Below, piece by piece: positions 24,725-37,196 of a DNA stretch of 64,000 nt; within the stretch, counting starts at the first letter, position 1, and each line of letters opens with the position of its first letter. The stretch is from Squalus acanthias. Its lineage: Eukaryota. The stretch is taken from positions 14,634,001-14,698,000 of the forward strand of contig CM059432.1 of assembly GCA_030390025.1 (NCBI GenBank), read 5' to 3'. A program made the position numbers and the translations under genes. The notes beneath the pieces are model-generated. The model searched no databases, was not told the DNA's origin, and was given only the letters and a program-made list of their open reading frames with translations.

Positions 24725-26248
24725 ATTTCAAATAAAACTGTTGGACTATAACCTGGTGTTGTGCGACTTCTCATTTTTCTCACAAGTTGAAATGGCATGA
24801 AGCAAATCAGAATCTTGTTGAGAATGGTTGATTGGAAGTTCAGAAAGCTGCAATAGAATGTGACAGACATGCTTTTTGGTGCAAAATGCTGAAACTCTGA
24901 AGGACAATGATTATTTATTTTTCTACATTGTTTAAGCTCACCTATGTCGTGGCTGCGCTGCGCGGCTTGTCATCCTTACCATGCATCTTGACCATTACCA
25001 TGCAGGATCTTGTACTTATTATTTAATGTCTAGAAAACAGAAGTAGTTGGATGGAGATCTATCAGGTGATTTTACACATAGCTGACTGGAATGCAAACAT
25101 TAGTGTCCATTTTACAAGACCCTGCGCTGCCGCTGGGACCTCACGTGTAGCTGGTGAGGATCATCCATGAGCCTCTTTCCATTGATTTCGATGGGTGGAA
25201 AAGCAGAGGCAGTACATCCCTGATTTTGCATTCCCACCTGTGTATAAGGTGCCACTGGGGGTGTCAGAACTCAAAAAATGGATCCCTATATATCCAAGGT
25301 TATTACTACTAATTCTGTGCTGTACTCGCTTTATTTCACCCATTAGGTGCGCATCAAGTGTATGTGTACTGTACAGGAAAATGAAGGACGTTCCTTTTTA
25401 GGCTATTTTTATATCAACTCACGCCCGCATACATCACCTGCAGCTCGAGCAGTGAGAAACCTAATTACAGACCTCCATCATTCTATAAACCTGACTACAG
25501 AGACATTTCAATTTAATTTTGCTGCTAAGGTTGAACAATGTATTCCACGACACACAGTTTTTTTCCTGGTAATCAACCGTGCAGAATGATTGGATGAGCA
25601 CATAGGTCACACTGTAATAGTTAATCCTCACTGTGGATGTCGTAAGTTCGTTACATGGAGCTCACAGGCACTAATGCTCATCTCCAGCAACAAATCCACA
25701 CCTCCAAATTAGAATAATGGCCCATCTCCCTCCAAACAATCTTATACCGTTGTTCCGATAGCCATCATAAATTACTTGATTTTTCATCAAATCATTTGCC
25801 ATCTGATGGACCCTCACATCCTGCAATATTTAAACTGCACATGAACAATGATATTTTAATTTTTCAGAGAAAAGTTGAACATTCTTAGTTCTCCTGTTCA
25901 GTAGAAACAGAAATAAGGAGCAAAGGTTGACAGTGGCTCTTAAAATGTGAAGCTTTCACTTCCTGATTAGTTAGGCTGTTTTTAAAAATCAAATCCAGCG
26001 GAAAGGATTAATTTAAATAGTAAAATACATGTTTTAACTTTTCGTGTTGTATACTAAACTCAATGTCTATCCTATTGCTACAATCACCTCAGTCAATGTG
26101 TTTAAACAAAACACAATTAATAGTCTGGGGCAATTTGAAATAACCTCGATTGGATTGAGAAATGATGAATTGATTTTGTTAATTCTTGTTTGTCACTTTA
26201 AACTGCTCTCCACTGATTTGCTCTCATTTTTACTTTCTTTCCTTCTTG

Positions 26249-26687
26249 TGTTAGCCGTGGCTCAGTTGGTAGCACACTCGCCTCTGAGTCAGAAGGTTAT
26301 CGGTTCAATTCCCACTCCAGAGACTTGAGCACAAAAATCTAGGCTGACACTCCAGTGCAGTACTGAGGGAGTGCTGCACTGTCGGAGATGCCACCTTTCA
26401 GATGAGACGTCAAACCGAGGACCCCGTCTGTCCTTTCGGATGGACGTAAAAGACCCTGTGATACTATTTCGAAGAAGAGCAGGGGAGTTATCCCTGGTGT
26501 CGTGGCCAATATTTATCCCTCAATCAACATCACTAAAGCAGATTATCGCATTGCTGTTTGTGGGCGCTTGCTGTGCACAGATTGGCTGCTGCAATTCCTA
26601 CATTACAACAGTGGCTACACTTCAAAAATACTTAATTGATTGTAAAGTGCTTTGGGATGTCCTGAGGCCGTGAAAGGCGCTTTATGA
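26249..26687 (+). mobile_element. Full-length tRNA-headed DeuSINE (SacSINE1-like)
   Basis: Pol III A box TGGCTCAGTTGG and B box GGTTCAATTCC, Deu-like core, L2-like tail. Confidence 0.85.
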
Positions 26688-27790
26688 ATAAGAACATAAG
26701 GAGCAGGAGTGGGCCATACGGCCCTTCGAGCCTGCTCCGCCATTCAATAAGATCATGGCTGATTTTTGACCTCAACTCCACTTTCCCATCCAATCCCCAT
26801 ATCATTTGATTCCCCTAGAGTCCAATTTGTTGCTGGCCGCCTGCCAGCACCTGCCCCCGTTGCTGTCCCCGGCCCCCGTGAAGCCCCCCCACCGTGAAGT
26901 GCCGGCTGCGCTCCAAGAGCCCGGCACTTCTCTTGAGTGCCGGGCTCTTTTGCCGGCACTCCCGATCCCTGGGGGCCCAGCTGGGCCCCGGTTCGCGCTG
27001 CGCAGGGTCCCTCCCCTTTAAGAAGGGGAGGAAGGCCTGCAATACCGCGGCGCGACGTGCCGCAGCGCGTGGCGCTGCGGCACGTAGCGCCAGGATATTC
27101 ACTCGCAGCGCCCCAAGAGGGATGCGGGGTGCTTCCAGTGGCGCCCCGCTTCCCTCTTGGGGCGCAACCACTGAAGTTCCGGCGCGGGGCCGCTAATTTT
27201 TTCGGGACGCTAAAAGTCGCGCCCCGGCGAGGTTAGCGCCCCAAGTGGGGCGCGACTCAATTTTTACCCCCAAAAATCTATCTATCTCAGCCCTGAATAT
27301 ACTCAGCGACTCAGCATCCACAGCCCTTTTGGGTAGAGAATTCCAAAGATTCACAACCCTCTGAGTGAAGAAGTTCCTCCTCATCTCAGTCTTTAATGGC
27401 TGACCCTTATCCTGAGACTATGGCCCCTAGTTCTAGACTCTCCAGCCAGGGGAAACAACCTCTCAGCATCTACCCTGTCAATCCCCCTCAGAATCTTATA
27501 TGTTTCAATGAGATCACCTCTCATTCTTCTAAATTCCAGAGAGTATAGGCTCAATCTCTCCTCATAGGACAACCCTCTCATCCCAAGGATCAATCTAGTG
27601 AACCGTTGTTGCACCGCCTCGAAGGCATGCATGTCCTTTCTCAGATAAGGAGACCAAAACTGTGCCCAGTACTCCAGGTGTGGTCTCACCAAAGCCCTGT
27701 ACAATTGTAGCAAGACTTCCTTACTCTTGTTCTCCAACCCCCTTGCAATAAAGGCCAACATGCCATTTGCCTTCCTAATTGCTTGCTGTA
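26688..27790 (-). mobile_element. CR1 LINE 3' fragment interrupted by a GC-rich insertion
   Basis: KANGMLAFIARG...LEYWAQFWSP...RRNFFTQRVVNLWNSLP; tail at 26688. Confidence 0.9.
26826..27270. mobile_element. GC-rich Harbinger-type element remnant (one end retained)
   Basis: Interrupts CR1 at gagtccaa|...|caaaaatc (CAA duplicated); right end CAATTTTTACCCC resembles the other MITE termini. Confidence 0.6.
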
Positions 27791-29945
27791 TGATCCGGAG
27801 TGTTTGTGTATTTCTCAGCCTTGCCCTGGGACACTGAGGCATGCCCACATTGTCAGAGTTGAGACCAGAGATCACACTTGGGATTTTCCTGGCCTGTATT
27901 GGTTAATGCTCCACCAGTCAGTGCATTTACCCAATAAGGCACCTGAAGGGAGCTGGGAAGATATGTTTTGAACAGTTACGGATTCTGATACGTCAACCAA
28001 AAGTTAGTCTGGGGACGTACTTGGAGGAAGAATGAAAAAAAAACCCTGCAGCATTCTGTAAAGAATCTATGTCAGACTCCAAATTTGATAAATGGCTCCA
28101 TGATTGTAACAGAAATTTCACCACAAATTTATCTAGTAGAATTATATCCTAATCATCATCTTCTCAAATTCAACCCATTAATGCAGAACGTTGTGGTATT
28201 TGAAAGCATTGTGAACTATTGATTACTAAACTCATTTTGGATGAGATATGAACATTTTGGCCCATGATACATTTCTTGAGGAAATGGACCATGGCTTTGA
28301 ATTATATATTTTCATTAACAATGTCACAGCAGGAAGACAACAGAAGAGGGAAGATACAGCAGGAGCGATTGACATCCAGAATGCTAGTCTGATAATTCTT
28401 TATTGAACAATCAACTACTGTAATACAAGATAAACGAAAAGTTGACAATATCATTCTGTGGACAATACTAAGGTTTCCGGAAAAATGATTGTCACTGTGC
28501 TTCACAAAAGGAGTTTTCTTCATGAATAAATAATCAGATGATTCATAAATATTTACAATATAAACAAATGAAGAAAAAAAAAAGCTTTGGCTCATTCATT
28601 TAGGGTCGGACTAACTTCTGGCTTTTGTTGTTGTTGTAGCTGCACTCAGCGATAAGTCTAAGTTGACAAGCAGGTGAAACGATAAGGGTAACAATCACAA
28701 CAGAACAAAAGGAACAGAAAACTTTACACTTATCAATGGTCCGTTAAGTCTATATCAGCCACGTACACTAAATGTTATTTTTTTTTGAATATAAGGATTA
28801 TAAAGGTAACCAAGAACTGTATTCTCCACAAAATGGAAATGTATACTGTGCCTCGAACAGAGATGTGTTCAGTGACCCAGCACCACAAGCAATCTAATTC
28901 ATCGTGAGAAGTTGACTAACACCAGAGCTAACTGATAATACTGATACAAATAAAGCCTCATCAGGGGCTAATACTGAGATATTGGTCTCCGCTTGAATCT
29001 ATTTACATAAAGCCAGTGGACCAGTGTCATCCAGTAAGTTGTGTTGAGGAACTGGAGCTTTACAATTTATTTATCATTTAAAAAAAAAACCCACAGCTTT
29101 TAACATGTTTGGCTTCTCAGTCATCTCCTCAGACAATTGGTTACTTTTACTTCAAAATGGTTCAGAGTCTTTCCTTTTTGATCCAATAGCAAAAGAACTG
29201 GAGAGCAGGAAAACAGCAAATGCTGATAATTTCAGAAGAATGTGAGAAAGGATGAAATGAGAAAAGTTTGTTTGTCCAGTCAAAATCCATCCTTTCCACA
29301 GAGATGTACAATCTACTTCATGGATTCTACTTCCTGGCGGCGCTATCTTCCTCCGGTAGTAGTACAGATAAAGAAGAGAGGGTTTGATGGAACAGCATTG
29401 GTGGTGGAAGCTTAAGTGCACATACTAGAGAATCCTAGTGCCAATACAGGAACTCTCAGCAGCAGTTTGAAGGAATTGGGCTTTAATATTGGTATGGAAG
29501 GGTGACTTGACACTACTTTTCGGTACTGCACAAGGATGTCATTGGGTATGAGTAGATACAAAGAAGAGAATAAGCATGTTTATGGGACATTGAATACGTA
29601 AAATATAACGGGAGGCCCAGAGAACTTAAGGTACAGGCCATAGTGAATAAGGGCCATCAGTCGCAACCTTAAAGTAGTAGTTCTAACTGTGGGTACAGTT
29701 CCAGTTTAAATTATTTATTTTTAAGCGTTTCTCTTCCATTTAATTCTTTTCCAACTTAGGACTCCATGTCAGGCCTCAGGTGTATTTGCCACAGTCCAGG
29801 AATAACAATGCCTTTCACTGGATTCATCTCCATGGACAGAATAGAGTAAAGGACACTAGGGGGCTGATAATATGAGCCCTATGGAGCACTCTGCGTGTTT
29901 ACATATGAAAGAGCTGACCTTGCTGGTTAATGCGAGATCAACTCA

Positions 29946-32188
29946 TTTACAACAACAACGTGCATTTATATAGCGCCTTTAACGTAGTAAAACATTCCGA
30001 GACGCTAGGCGTAATCATACAAAAAAAAAATTGACACTGAGCCCATTAGGACAGGTGACCAAAACCTTGGTCAAACAGGTAGGTCTTAAGGAGGAGAGAG
30101 AGGTGGAGGGTCAGCGAACACAGGGGTGATGGGTGAATATGACTTGGTTTGAGTTAAGAGTTTTGGATGACTCAGGTGGAAGATCAGAGGCCGGCCAGGA
30201 GAGCATTTGAACAGTGGAGTCTGGAGGCAACAAAAGCATGGCAGAGACTCTGAACAAATATTTTGTATCTGTCTTCACTGTAGAAGACATTAACAACATC
30301 CCAATAATGGATAATCAAGGGGCCACAGGGAGGGGGGAACTAAAGACAATCACTATCACTAAGGGAAATAGTACTTGGTAAAATAATGGGACTAAAAGAC
30401 GACAAGTCCCCTGGACCAGATGGCCTGCATCCCAGGGTCTTAAAAGTGACTGCAGAGATAGTGGATGCATTGGTTGCAATATACCAAAATTCCCTGGACT
30501 CTGGAGAGGTCCCAGTGGATTGGAAAACCGCAAATGTAACAACCCTATTTAAGAAAGGAGGGAGACAGAAAGCAGGAAACTATAGACCAGTTAGCCTAAC
30601 ATCTGTCGTTGGGAAAATGCTGGAGTCCTTCATTAAGGAAGCAGTGGCAGGGCATTTGGAAAATCATAATGCAGTCAAGCAGAGTCAGCATGGTTTTATG
30701 AAAGGGAAATCATGTTTAACAAACTTGCTAGAGTTCTTTGAGGAGGTAACGAGCAGGGTGGACAAAGGTGAACCAGTGGATGTGGTGTATTTGGATTTCC
30801 AGAAGGCATTCGATAAGGTGCCACATAAAAGGTTACTGCATAAGATAAGAGCTCACGGAATTGGGGGTAATATATTAGCATGGATAGAGAATTGGCTAAC
30901 TAACAGAAAGCAGAGAGTCGGGATAAATGGGTCATTTTCCGGTTGGCAAACGGTAACGAGTGGGGTGCCACAGGGATCGGTGCTGGGGCCTCAACTATTT
31001 ACAATCTACATTAATGACTTGGATGAAGGGACCGAGTATAATGTAAACAAGTTTGCGGATGATACAAAGATGGGTGGGAAAGCAAGTTGTGCAGAGGACT
31101 CAAAGAACTTGCAAAGGGATATAGACAGGCTAAGTGAGTGGGCAAACATTTGGCAGATGGAGTATAATGTGGGAAAGTGCGAGGTTATACACTTTGGCAG
31201 GAAAATTAAAAAAGCAAATTATTATTTAAATGGAGAGATTTTACAAAATGCTACACTTCAGAGGGACTTGGGGGTCCTTGTGCATGAAACACAAAAAGTT
31301 AGCATGCAGGTACAGCAAGTAATGAAAAAGGCAAATGGAATGTTGGCCTTTATTTCAAAGGGGTTGGAGTATAAAAACAGGGAAGTCCTGCTACAACTGT
31401 ACAGGGTAATGGTGAGACCACACCTTGAGTACTGCGTACAGTTTTGGTCTCCTTATTTAAGGAAGGATATACTTGCATTGGAGGCAGTTCAGAGACGATT
31501 CACTAGGTTAATTCCAGAGATGAGGGGGTTGAGTTATGAAGAAAGGTTGAGCAGGCTGGGCCTATACTCATTGGAATTTAGAAGAATGAGAGGTGATCTT
31601 ATTGAAACATATGATACTGAGGGGACTCGACAGGGTAGATGCAGAGAGGATGTTTCCCCTCGTGGGGAAATCTAGAACGCGGGGTCCCAGTTTTAGAATA
31701 AAGGGTCGCCCTTTTAGAACTGAGATGAGGAGGAATTTCTTCTCTCAGAGGGTCGTAAATCTGTGGAATTCTCTGCCCCAGAGAGCCGTGGAGGCTGGGT
31801 CATTAAATACATTTAAGGTGGAGATAGACAAATTTTTGCAAGATTAGGGAGTGAAGGGTTATGGGGAGCGGGCGGGGAAGTGGATTTGAGCCCAAGATCA
31901 GCCATGATCTTATTGAATGGCGGAGCAGGCTTGAGGGGCCAAGTGGCCTATTCCTGCTCCTATTTCTTATGTTCTTATGGATGAGGGTTTCAGCAGCAGA
32001 TGGGCGGAGGCAGGTGTGAAGACGGGCGTTATTACAGAGGTGGAAGTAGGCGGTTTTGCTGATGGAGAGGATCTGGGGTCGGAAGCTCAGCTCAGGGTCA
32101 AATAGGGCACCGAGCTTGCGAACAGTCTGGCTCAGCCTGAGACAGTGGCCAGGGAAGGGGCTGGAATTGATGCCGAGGGAACGGAGTT
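29946..32188 (-). mobile_element. L2 fragment split (29946-30237, 31979-32188) by a CR1
   Basis: L2 tail at 29946; sequence aaagcatgg|atgagggtttcagc rejoins across the CR1. Confidence 0.75.
30238..31978 (+). mobile_element. CR1 LINE 3' part with a 429-aa open RT frame
   Basis: KSPGPDG, NYRPVSLTS, GVPQGSVLGP, KFADDTK; (TTCTTATG) tail. Confidence 0.93.
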
Positions 32189-32344
32189 AACTATTTGCAT
32201 AAATTCCAAGTGTTCCAGTAGCATTGCTTACAATTTGCCAGGATCACCATAACCAGAATTTCAAGCACCAGCATCCAGTGGAGGGCTGCTCATTGCCCGT
32301 TCAGCACCAGCTGGGACTGCTGGCAGAATCATTCCCCCTTCCAG

Positions 32345-33036
32345 CATTCAAAAAGTCTAATGGAATGTTTGTCTTTATCTCAAGGGGGTTGGAATACCAA
32401 AGTGAGGAAGTGATGCTTCAGTTGTACAGAGCCTTGGTCAGACCCCATCTGGTGTACCTACATTCAGTTTTGGGCACCAAACCTCAAAAAAAGATATATT
32501 GGCAGATTCTCCAAACTAATACCAGGGCTTAAAGGGTTAAATTATGAGGCCACGCTGCATAAACATGGTTTATAGTCCTTTTGAGTTTAAAATCTTGAGG
32601 GGTGGTCTAATTGAGATCTTCAAAATAATGAAGAGATTTGATAGGATAGAATGATACAGCAGAGAAGGAGGCCATTCGGCCCATCGTGCCTGTGCCGAGT
32701 AGATACAGAGAAACTATTTCCTCTGGTGGGGGAATCCCGAAAAAGAGGGCATAATCTTAAATTTAGAGCCAGGCCATTTAGGAGTGAAATCAAGGTGCAC
32801 TTTTTCCACACAAAGGGTAGTGGAGATCTGAAGCTCGCTCTCCCAAAAGACAGTCGCTGCTGAGTCAATTGAAATTTTTCAGACTGAGATTGATAGGTTT
32901 TTGTTCGGTAAGAGTATCAAGAGCTGTGGAGCAAAGGTGGGTAAATGGAGTTGAGGTACAGATCAGCCATGGTCTAATTGAATGGCAGAAGAATGCTTGA
33001 GTGGTTGAATGACCTTCTCCTCTTCCTATGTTCCTA
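32345..33036 (+). mobile_element. Older CR1 3' fragment
   Basis: KKSNGMFVFISRGLEY..MLQLYRALVRPHL; cctatgttccta tail. Confidence 0.8.
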
Positions 33037-33499
33037 CAACAACAACAACTTGCACTAATATAGCGCCTTTAATGCAGGAAAAAAATTCCAAAAGTGCTTC
33101 ACAGAGACGTCGTCAGAAAATATGAAGGTAGGTGGAGGTTGGAGGGAGGAAGAAAGAACGTTGAAGTGTGTAAATTGGAACTAAAAGGAAACAACCAGAA
33201 ATGGTGATTGTGAAGGAATTGTGGCTTCAGGTCTCAACTTGGAATTGTTCATGTACAGAATAAAATGGCATCAAGTGCACTGGCTGCAGAATATTTGAGA
33301 TTCATTTTACATGGGAAAAAATGGAAAGGTTCCTGATCAGGGAGTGAGAGTGGGGGAGGATACAGTCTCAGTGTTGGCGGAAAGATTATAGCTTGAAATT
33401 GCACTTAGAGCCAAGAAAACAGGTCGGATGGGGGTCAACTCCTAATTTTCACTCTTGGTATTAGTCAACTCCTCTGGACTGCCAGTAAAATATTTCGCA

Positions 33500-33859
33500 T
33501 TTAAAAAAAAAATTGTGCTCTTTAATTACACCAGCTAACTAACAATGCTCTGAATAATGTGTATACATTTAGTATGAATACCGATTTCATTTTAAATATC
33601 GAACAGCTGCAGTATAGAGAGCTGCTGGATTAAAGTAATTGTTTGGCAGTGCAAGCAGATTTTTACAGTCTCTCTCTGTGAGCTCCCAGAAGGGACCCAG
33701 TTTGTGGAATAAAAACAAAGAGAAGCCTTGGCTTGTACAACTGATGGCCGTTGATTCGAAGGTCTCTTGTCACAGTTTTTACCAGGAGTCGGGGAGTTTG
33801 TTTTCCGGATGTGGACGAGATGGGACTCTTCAGCTGCCACGGAATCTGCTGAGTCTGGA
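33500..33859 (-). other. PTPRM: PTPRM proximal 3' UTR (end point uncertain)
   Basis: Non-repetitive sequence after the stop; candidate ATTAAA at 33526-33521 followed by a T-rich tract on the minus strand. Confidence 0.5.
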
Positions 33860-33913
33860 TCAACCGGAATTCAAACACTCAATCGCCACCTCGTAGCAGA
33901 ACTTATACTGATC
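33860..33913 (-). CDS. PTPRM: PTPRM last coding exon with stop codon
   Basis: tttcag|GAT CAG TAT AAG TTC TGC TAC GAG GTG GCG ATT GAG TGT TTG AAT TCC GGT TGA = DQYKFCYEVAIECLNSG*; all ten exon phases join in frame. Confidence 0.95.
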   Translation of the reverse strand, partial: DQYKFCYEVAIECLNSG

Positions 33914-34957
33914 CTGAAAGACAAACGCAGTTAAAAATTGACAGAACCCGTTTCCTCATTTGATATTTGATCCCTCTTTCAACCTTTCAATGCCGCGGGC
34001 CATTGCTGGGTCAAGAGGGCAAGTAATAGGCGAATTATACGACACAGTTTACACCAGTGTAAGGTGATTTCACTTAATGAGGGGAAATTCTGTGAGGTAA
34101 AGGCTCCGGATACTGATCGCAAAATTGGGCATGAAGGTGAACGGCGATTATCCGGTGAGCGTCACTCCATGCCGAAGCCCAGCCTTGCAAAATATACTCT
34201 ATGATGGTGTTAGTGCTATCAGAGGGCTGACGGGGTGACTGTTTCCGTTCAAACATTAAATGGTAAGCAACATTCAGATTCTGGTGAGAGAAGATCTGCT
34301 CACGGGTGCTCGCTCAACTCCAATTGTTCCCAGGGAAGCGGGAGGTTGTGTGGTATCTTCCTGAGCATCCACCCGCACATGTTCGATCACGATGTGCTGA
34401 GGGATCTATTCTCAGTCGGGGTCAGCGATTCTCGTGAGTGTGGACAGTGAGTGAGTGTCGGCAGCTTTTTTTTTTGACCATGTGGGCATCACAGATGTGC
34501 TCACCTCCTGGCCACACATGTGGACATTTCTAGCGGATTGCCATTAGGACTGCGACCACTAGCTGATTTTTTTCCCCCTTTCCCAAGCTTGGTATTTGTT
34601 TCTATTGCAAATTAAAAAGACAGTACTGTGAAAATGCTAAGTTTATTGGCATTCAAAATTTGAAGTACTATAAAAGTCTGGGAATTATAGTAACCTCCCT
34701 ACCAGAAAGCATGTGTGCGTGGACATAAGGGAGTTGACATTCCTCTTGTGCTATTTTTAGTGCACTGACGAATGTGTCAAATGTCTATTTGTACAAAGGA
34801 ATTTTAATCCCCAAGTAAGACCAGAATCAGGTTAACCCGTGATGTTTCACATGGTTGAGTAGATTACCAGCATAATGGCTAGACTCACATTTGAAGAATA
34901 TGAGCAATGTCTGGAGAACAGGCCCGTGGAATCACATCTAGCATGAGTTATTGACTT

Positions 34958-36290
34958 CAACAACAACAATAATAATAACATACAACACCTTTAACGTAAT
35001 AAAACGTCCCAAGGCGCTTCACAGGAGTGTTATAAAACAAAATTTGACACAGAGCCACATAAGGAGATATTAGGGCAGATGATCAAAAGCTTGGTCAAAG
35101 AGCTTTAAGGAGCGTCTTAAAGGAGGAAAGAGAGGCAGAGAGGTTTAGGGAGGGAATTCCAGAGCTTAGGGCCTAGGCAGCTGAAGGCACGGCTGCCAAT
35201 GGTGGAGCAATTAAAATCGGGGATACTCAAGGGGCCAGAATTAGAGGAGCGCAGATATCTCAGAGAGTTGTGGGGCTGGAGGAGATTACAGAGATACGGA
35301 GGGGCGAGGCCATGCAGGGATTTGAAAACAAGGATGGGAATTTTGAAATTGAAGCGTTGCTTAACTGGGAGCCAATGTAGGTCAGCGAGCACAGGGGTGA
35401 TGGGCGAATGGGACATGGTGCGAATTAGGATACGGGCAGCCGAGTTTTGGATGAGCTCAAGTCTACGGAGGGTAGAACGTGGGAGGCCAGCCAGGAGTGC
35501 GTTGGAATAGTCTAGAGGTAACAAAGGCATGGATGAGGGTTTCAGCGCCAGATGAGCGGAGGCAGGGGCTGAGTCGAGCGATATTCCGGAGGTGGAAATA
35601 AGCGGTCTTAGAGATGGCGCGGATATGTGGTCGGATACACATCTCAGGGTCAAATATGACACCAAGGTTGCGAACAGTCTGGTTCAGCCTCAGACAGTTG
35701 CCAGGGAGAGAGATAGAGTCGGTGGCTAGGGAACGGAGTTTGTGACGAGGACCGAAGACAATGGCTTTGGTCTTCCCAATATTTAGTTGGAGGAAATTTC
35801 TACTCGTCCAGTATTGACAAACAGTCTGACAATTTAGAGACAGTGGAGGAGTCAAGAGAGATGGTGGTGAGGTAGAGCTGGGTGTCATCAGTGTACATGT
35901 GGAAACGGACGCTGTGTTTTCGGATGATTTCACCGAGGGAGAGCATGTAGATGAGAAATAGGAGGGGGCCAATGATAGATCTTTGCGGGACACCAGAGGT
36001 AACGATGCGGGAGCGGGGAGAGAAGCCGTTGCAGGTGATTCTCTGGCTACGATTAGATTGATAAGAATGGAACCGGGCGAGTACAGTCCCACCCAGCTGG
36101 ACGACGGTGGAGAGGCGTTGGAGAAGGATGGAGCGGTCAACCGTGTCAAAGGCTGCGGACAGGTCGAGAAGGAATAGTTTACCATGGTCACAGTCACATA
36201 GGATGTCATTTGTGACTTTGATAAGAGCTGTTTCGATACGGTGGCAGGGGCGGAAATCTGATTGGAGGGATTCAAACATGGCGTTCCGGA
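34958..36290 (-). mobile_element. L2 LINE 3' fragment including RT
   Basis: [41 protein letters not shown]; (TTG)-type tail. Confidence 0.9.
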
Positions 36291-36469
36291 AAAGATGGAC
36301 AAGGGAAAAAATGGGATGGGAACAAATTGTTAGATAGTAACCTACTCTTTTTATGGTAATTATTATAATGGATGAGAGAAGAATTTTGACTGACACACAA
36401 AATCCCCAAATCCCAGCTGTCCCAAAGTGAGATATAAAGAAAACACATTTTCTGATAAAGAAATTTCCG

Positions 36470-36501
36470 TGGGGGGGGGGGGGGGGGGGGGGGGCGGGGG
36501 G
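36470..36501 (+). repeat. Poly-G tract
   Basis: About 31 G with one C. Confidence 0.9.
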
Positions 36502-36711
36502 TTCTCTCGTTTTCCTTCTGTGACGTTGGGCTTTCCACTGATCTTCCACCAAAGTTACGGCGGGAGATTGGGGAGCCCCCACAGAAGTTCTAGCCCACTG
36601 TGTAATTATGGTAGCCAAGAGGCCTGCGGATGAAAGGTACACGCTTGTTATCTGAGAAGAGTAATTAAAGACTGCAGGGATTCATCTGCGGAAAGAAGAG
36701 CTCGCACTTAC

Positions 36712-36847
36712 CAGCAGGTCAACCATATTGGGCTTGTTGTTTCTCAGTGTCTTCACTGCATGGAACACATCGACCGCCCGCTGGTGTCGAAGCATCTCAC
36801 ACACGATACTGATGGCACAGAAGGCCCCACTGCGCCCACCACCATTC
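36712..36847 (-). CDS. PTPRM: PTPRM penultimate coding exon (D2)
   Basis: 136 bp, atgcag|GAAT ... CTG|gtaag; (L)[45 protein letters not shown]. Confidence 0.95.
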
Positions 36848-37196
36848 CTGCATTTGTGTCAAAGTTTGAACATTATTTAGTGCTCAGGTCATTATTATAT
36901 AACGAGCCAGATCTCAGTGCACACAAAGCTCGGAAGTTAATTCATCCTTCATTAATCTACAAAGTGAAGAGATTGTCAAATGGTATCCATTGTTGCATTA
37001 ACGCACAATCTATCTCACACAAAGCAGCAGCAGCCATAGTTTCAAAGCTCACAAGAAACGTGAGCAACACTGAGCGCAAAACACTTCAAGTGTCAGTCTA
37101 ACTCTGTTCAGTTCCTTATCCGAGCTGTGCCGAGTTGAGACTGTCATACTTTCCTGTCGGAAGGAGGTGAGGTTGGAGGTTGATCATGTCTGGGCC

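Larger units (their letters stand above)
24536..24776. mobile_element. Non-autonomous palindromic Penelope-like mini-insertion with two opposite hammerhead motifs
   Basis: 13-bp TSD TTCTCACAAGTTG (24523-24535, 24777-24789); 102-bp inverted arms centred on 24676 with 2 mismatches; arms match PLE end 21833-21930. Confidence 0.88.

Noticed and set aside
23900..24920. Purine-rich, coding-like sequence around the palindromic insertion
   Set aside because: May be a very old LINE remnant, but I cannot recover a convincing protein motif
26251..26325. tRNA gene (also at 37201)
   Set aside because: A/B boxes are the tRNA-derived head of a SINE, continuous with the SINE body
1..28000. Exons of the downstream neighbour (RAB12 follows PTPRM in mammals)
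   Set aside because: No Rab GTPase motifs found on either strand
29150..29700. Possible processed pseudogene or extra exon
   Set aside because: Stops in all frames and no recognisable protein
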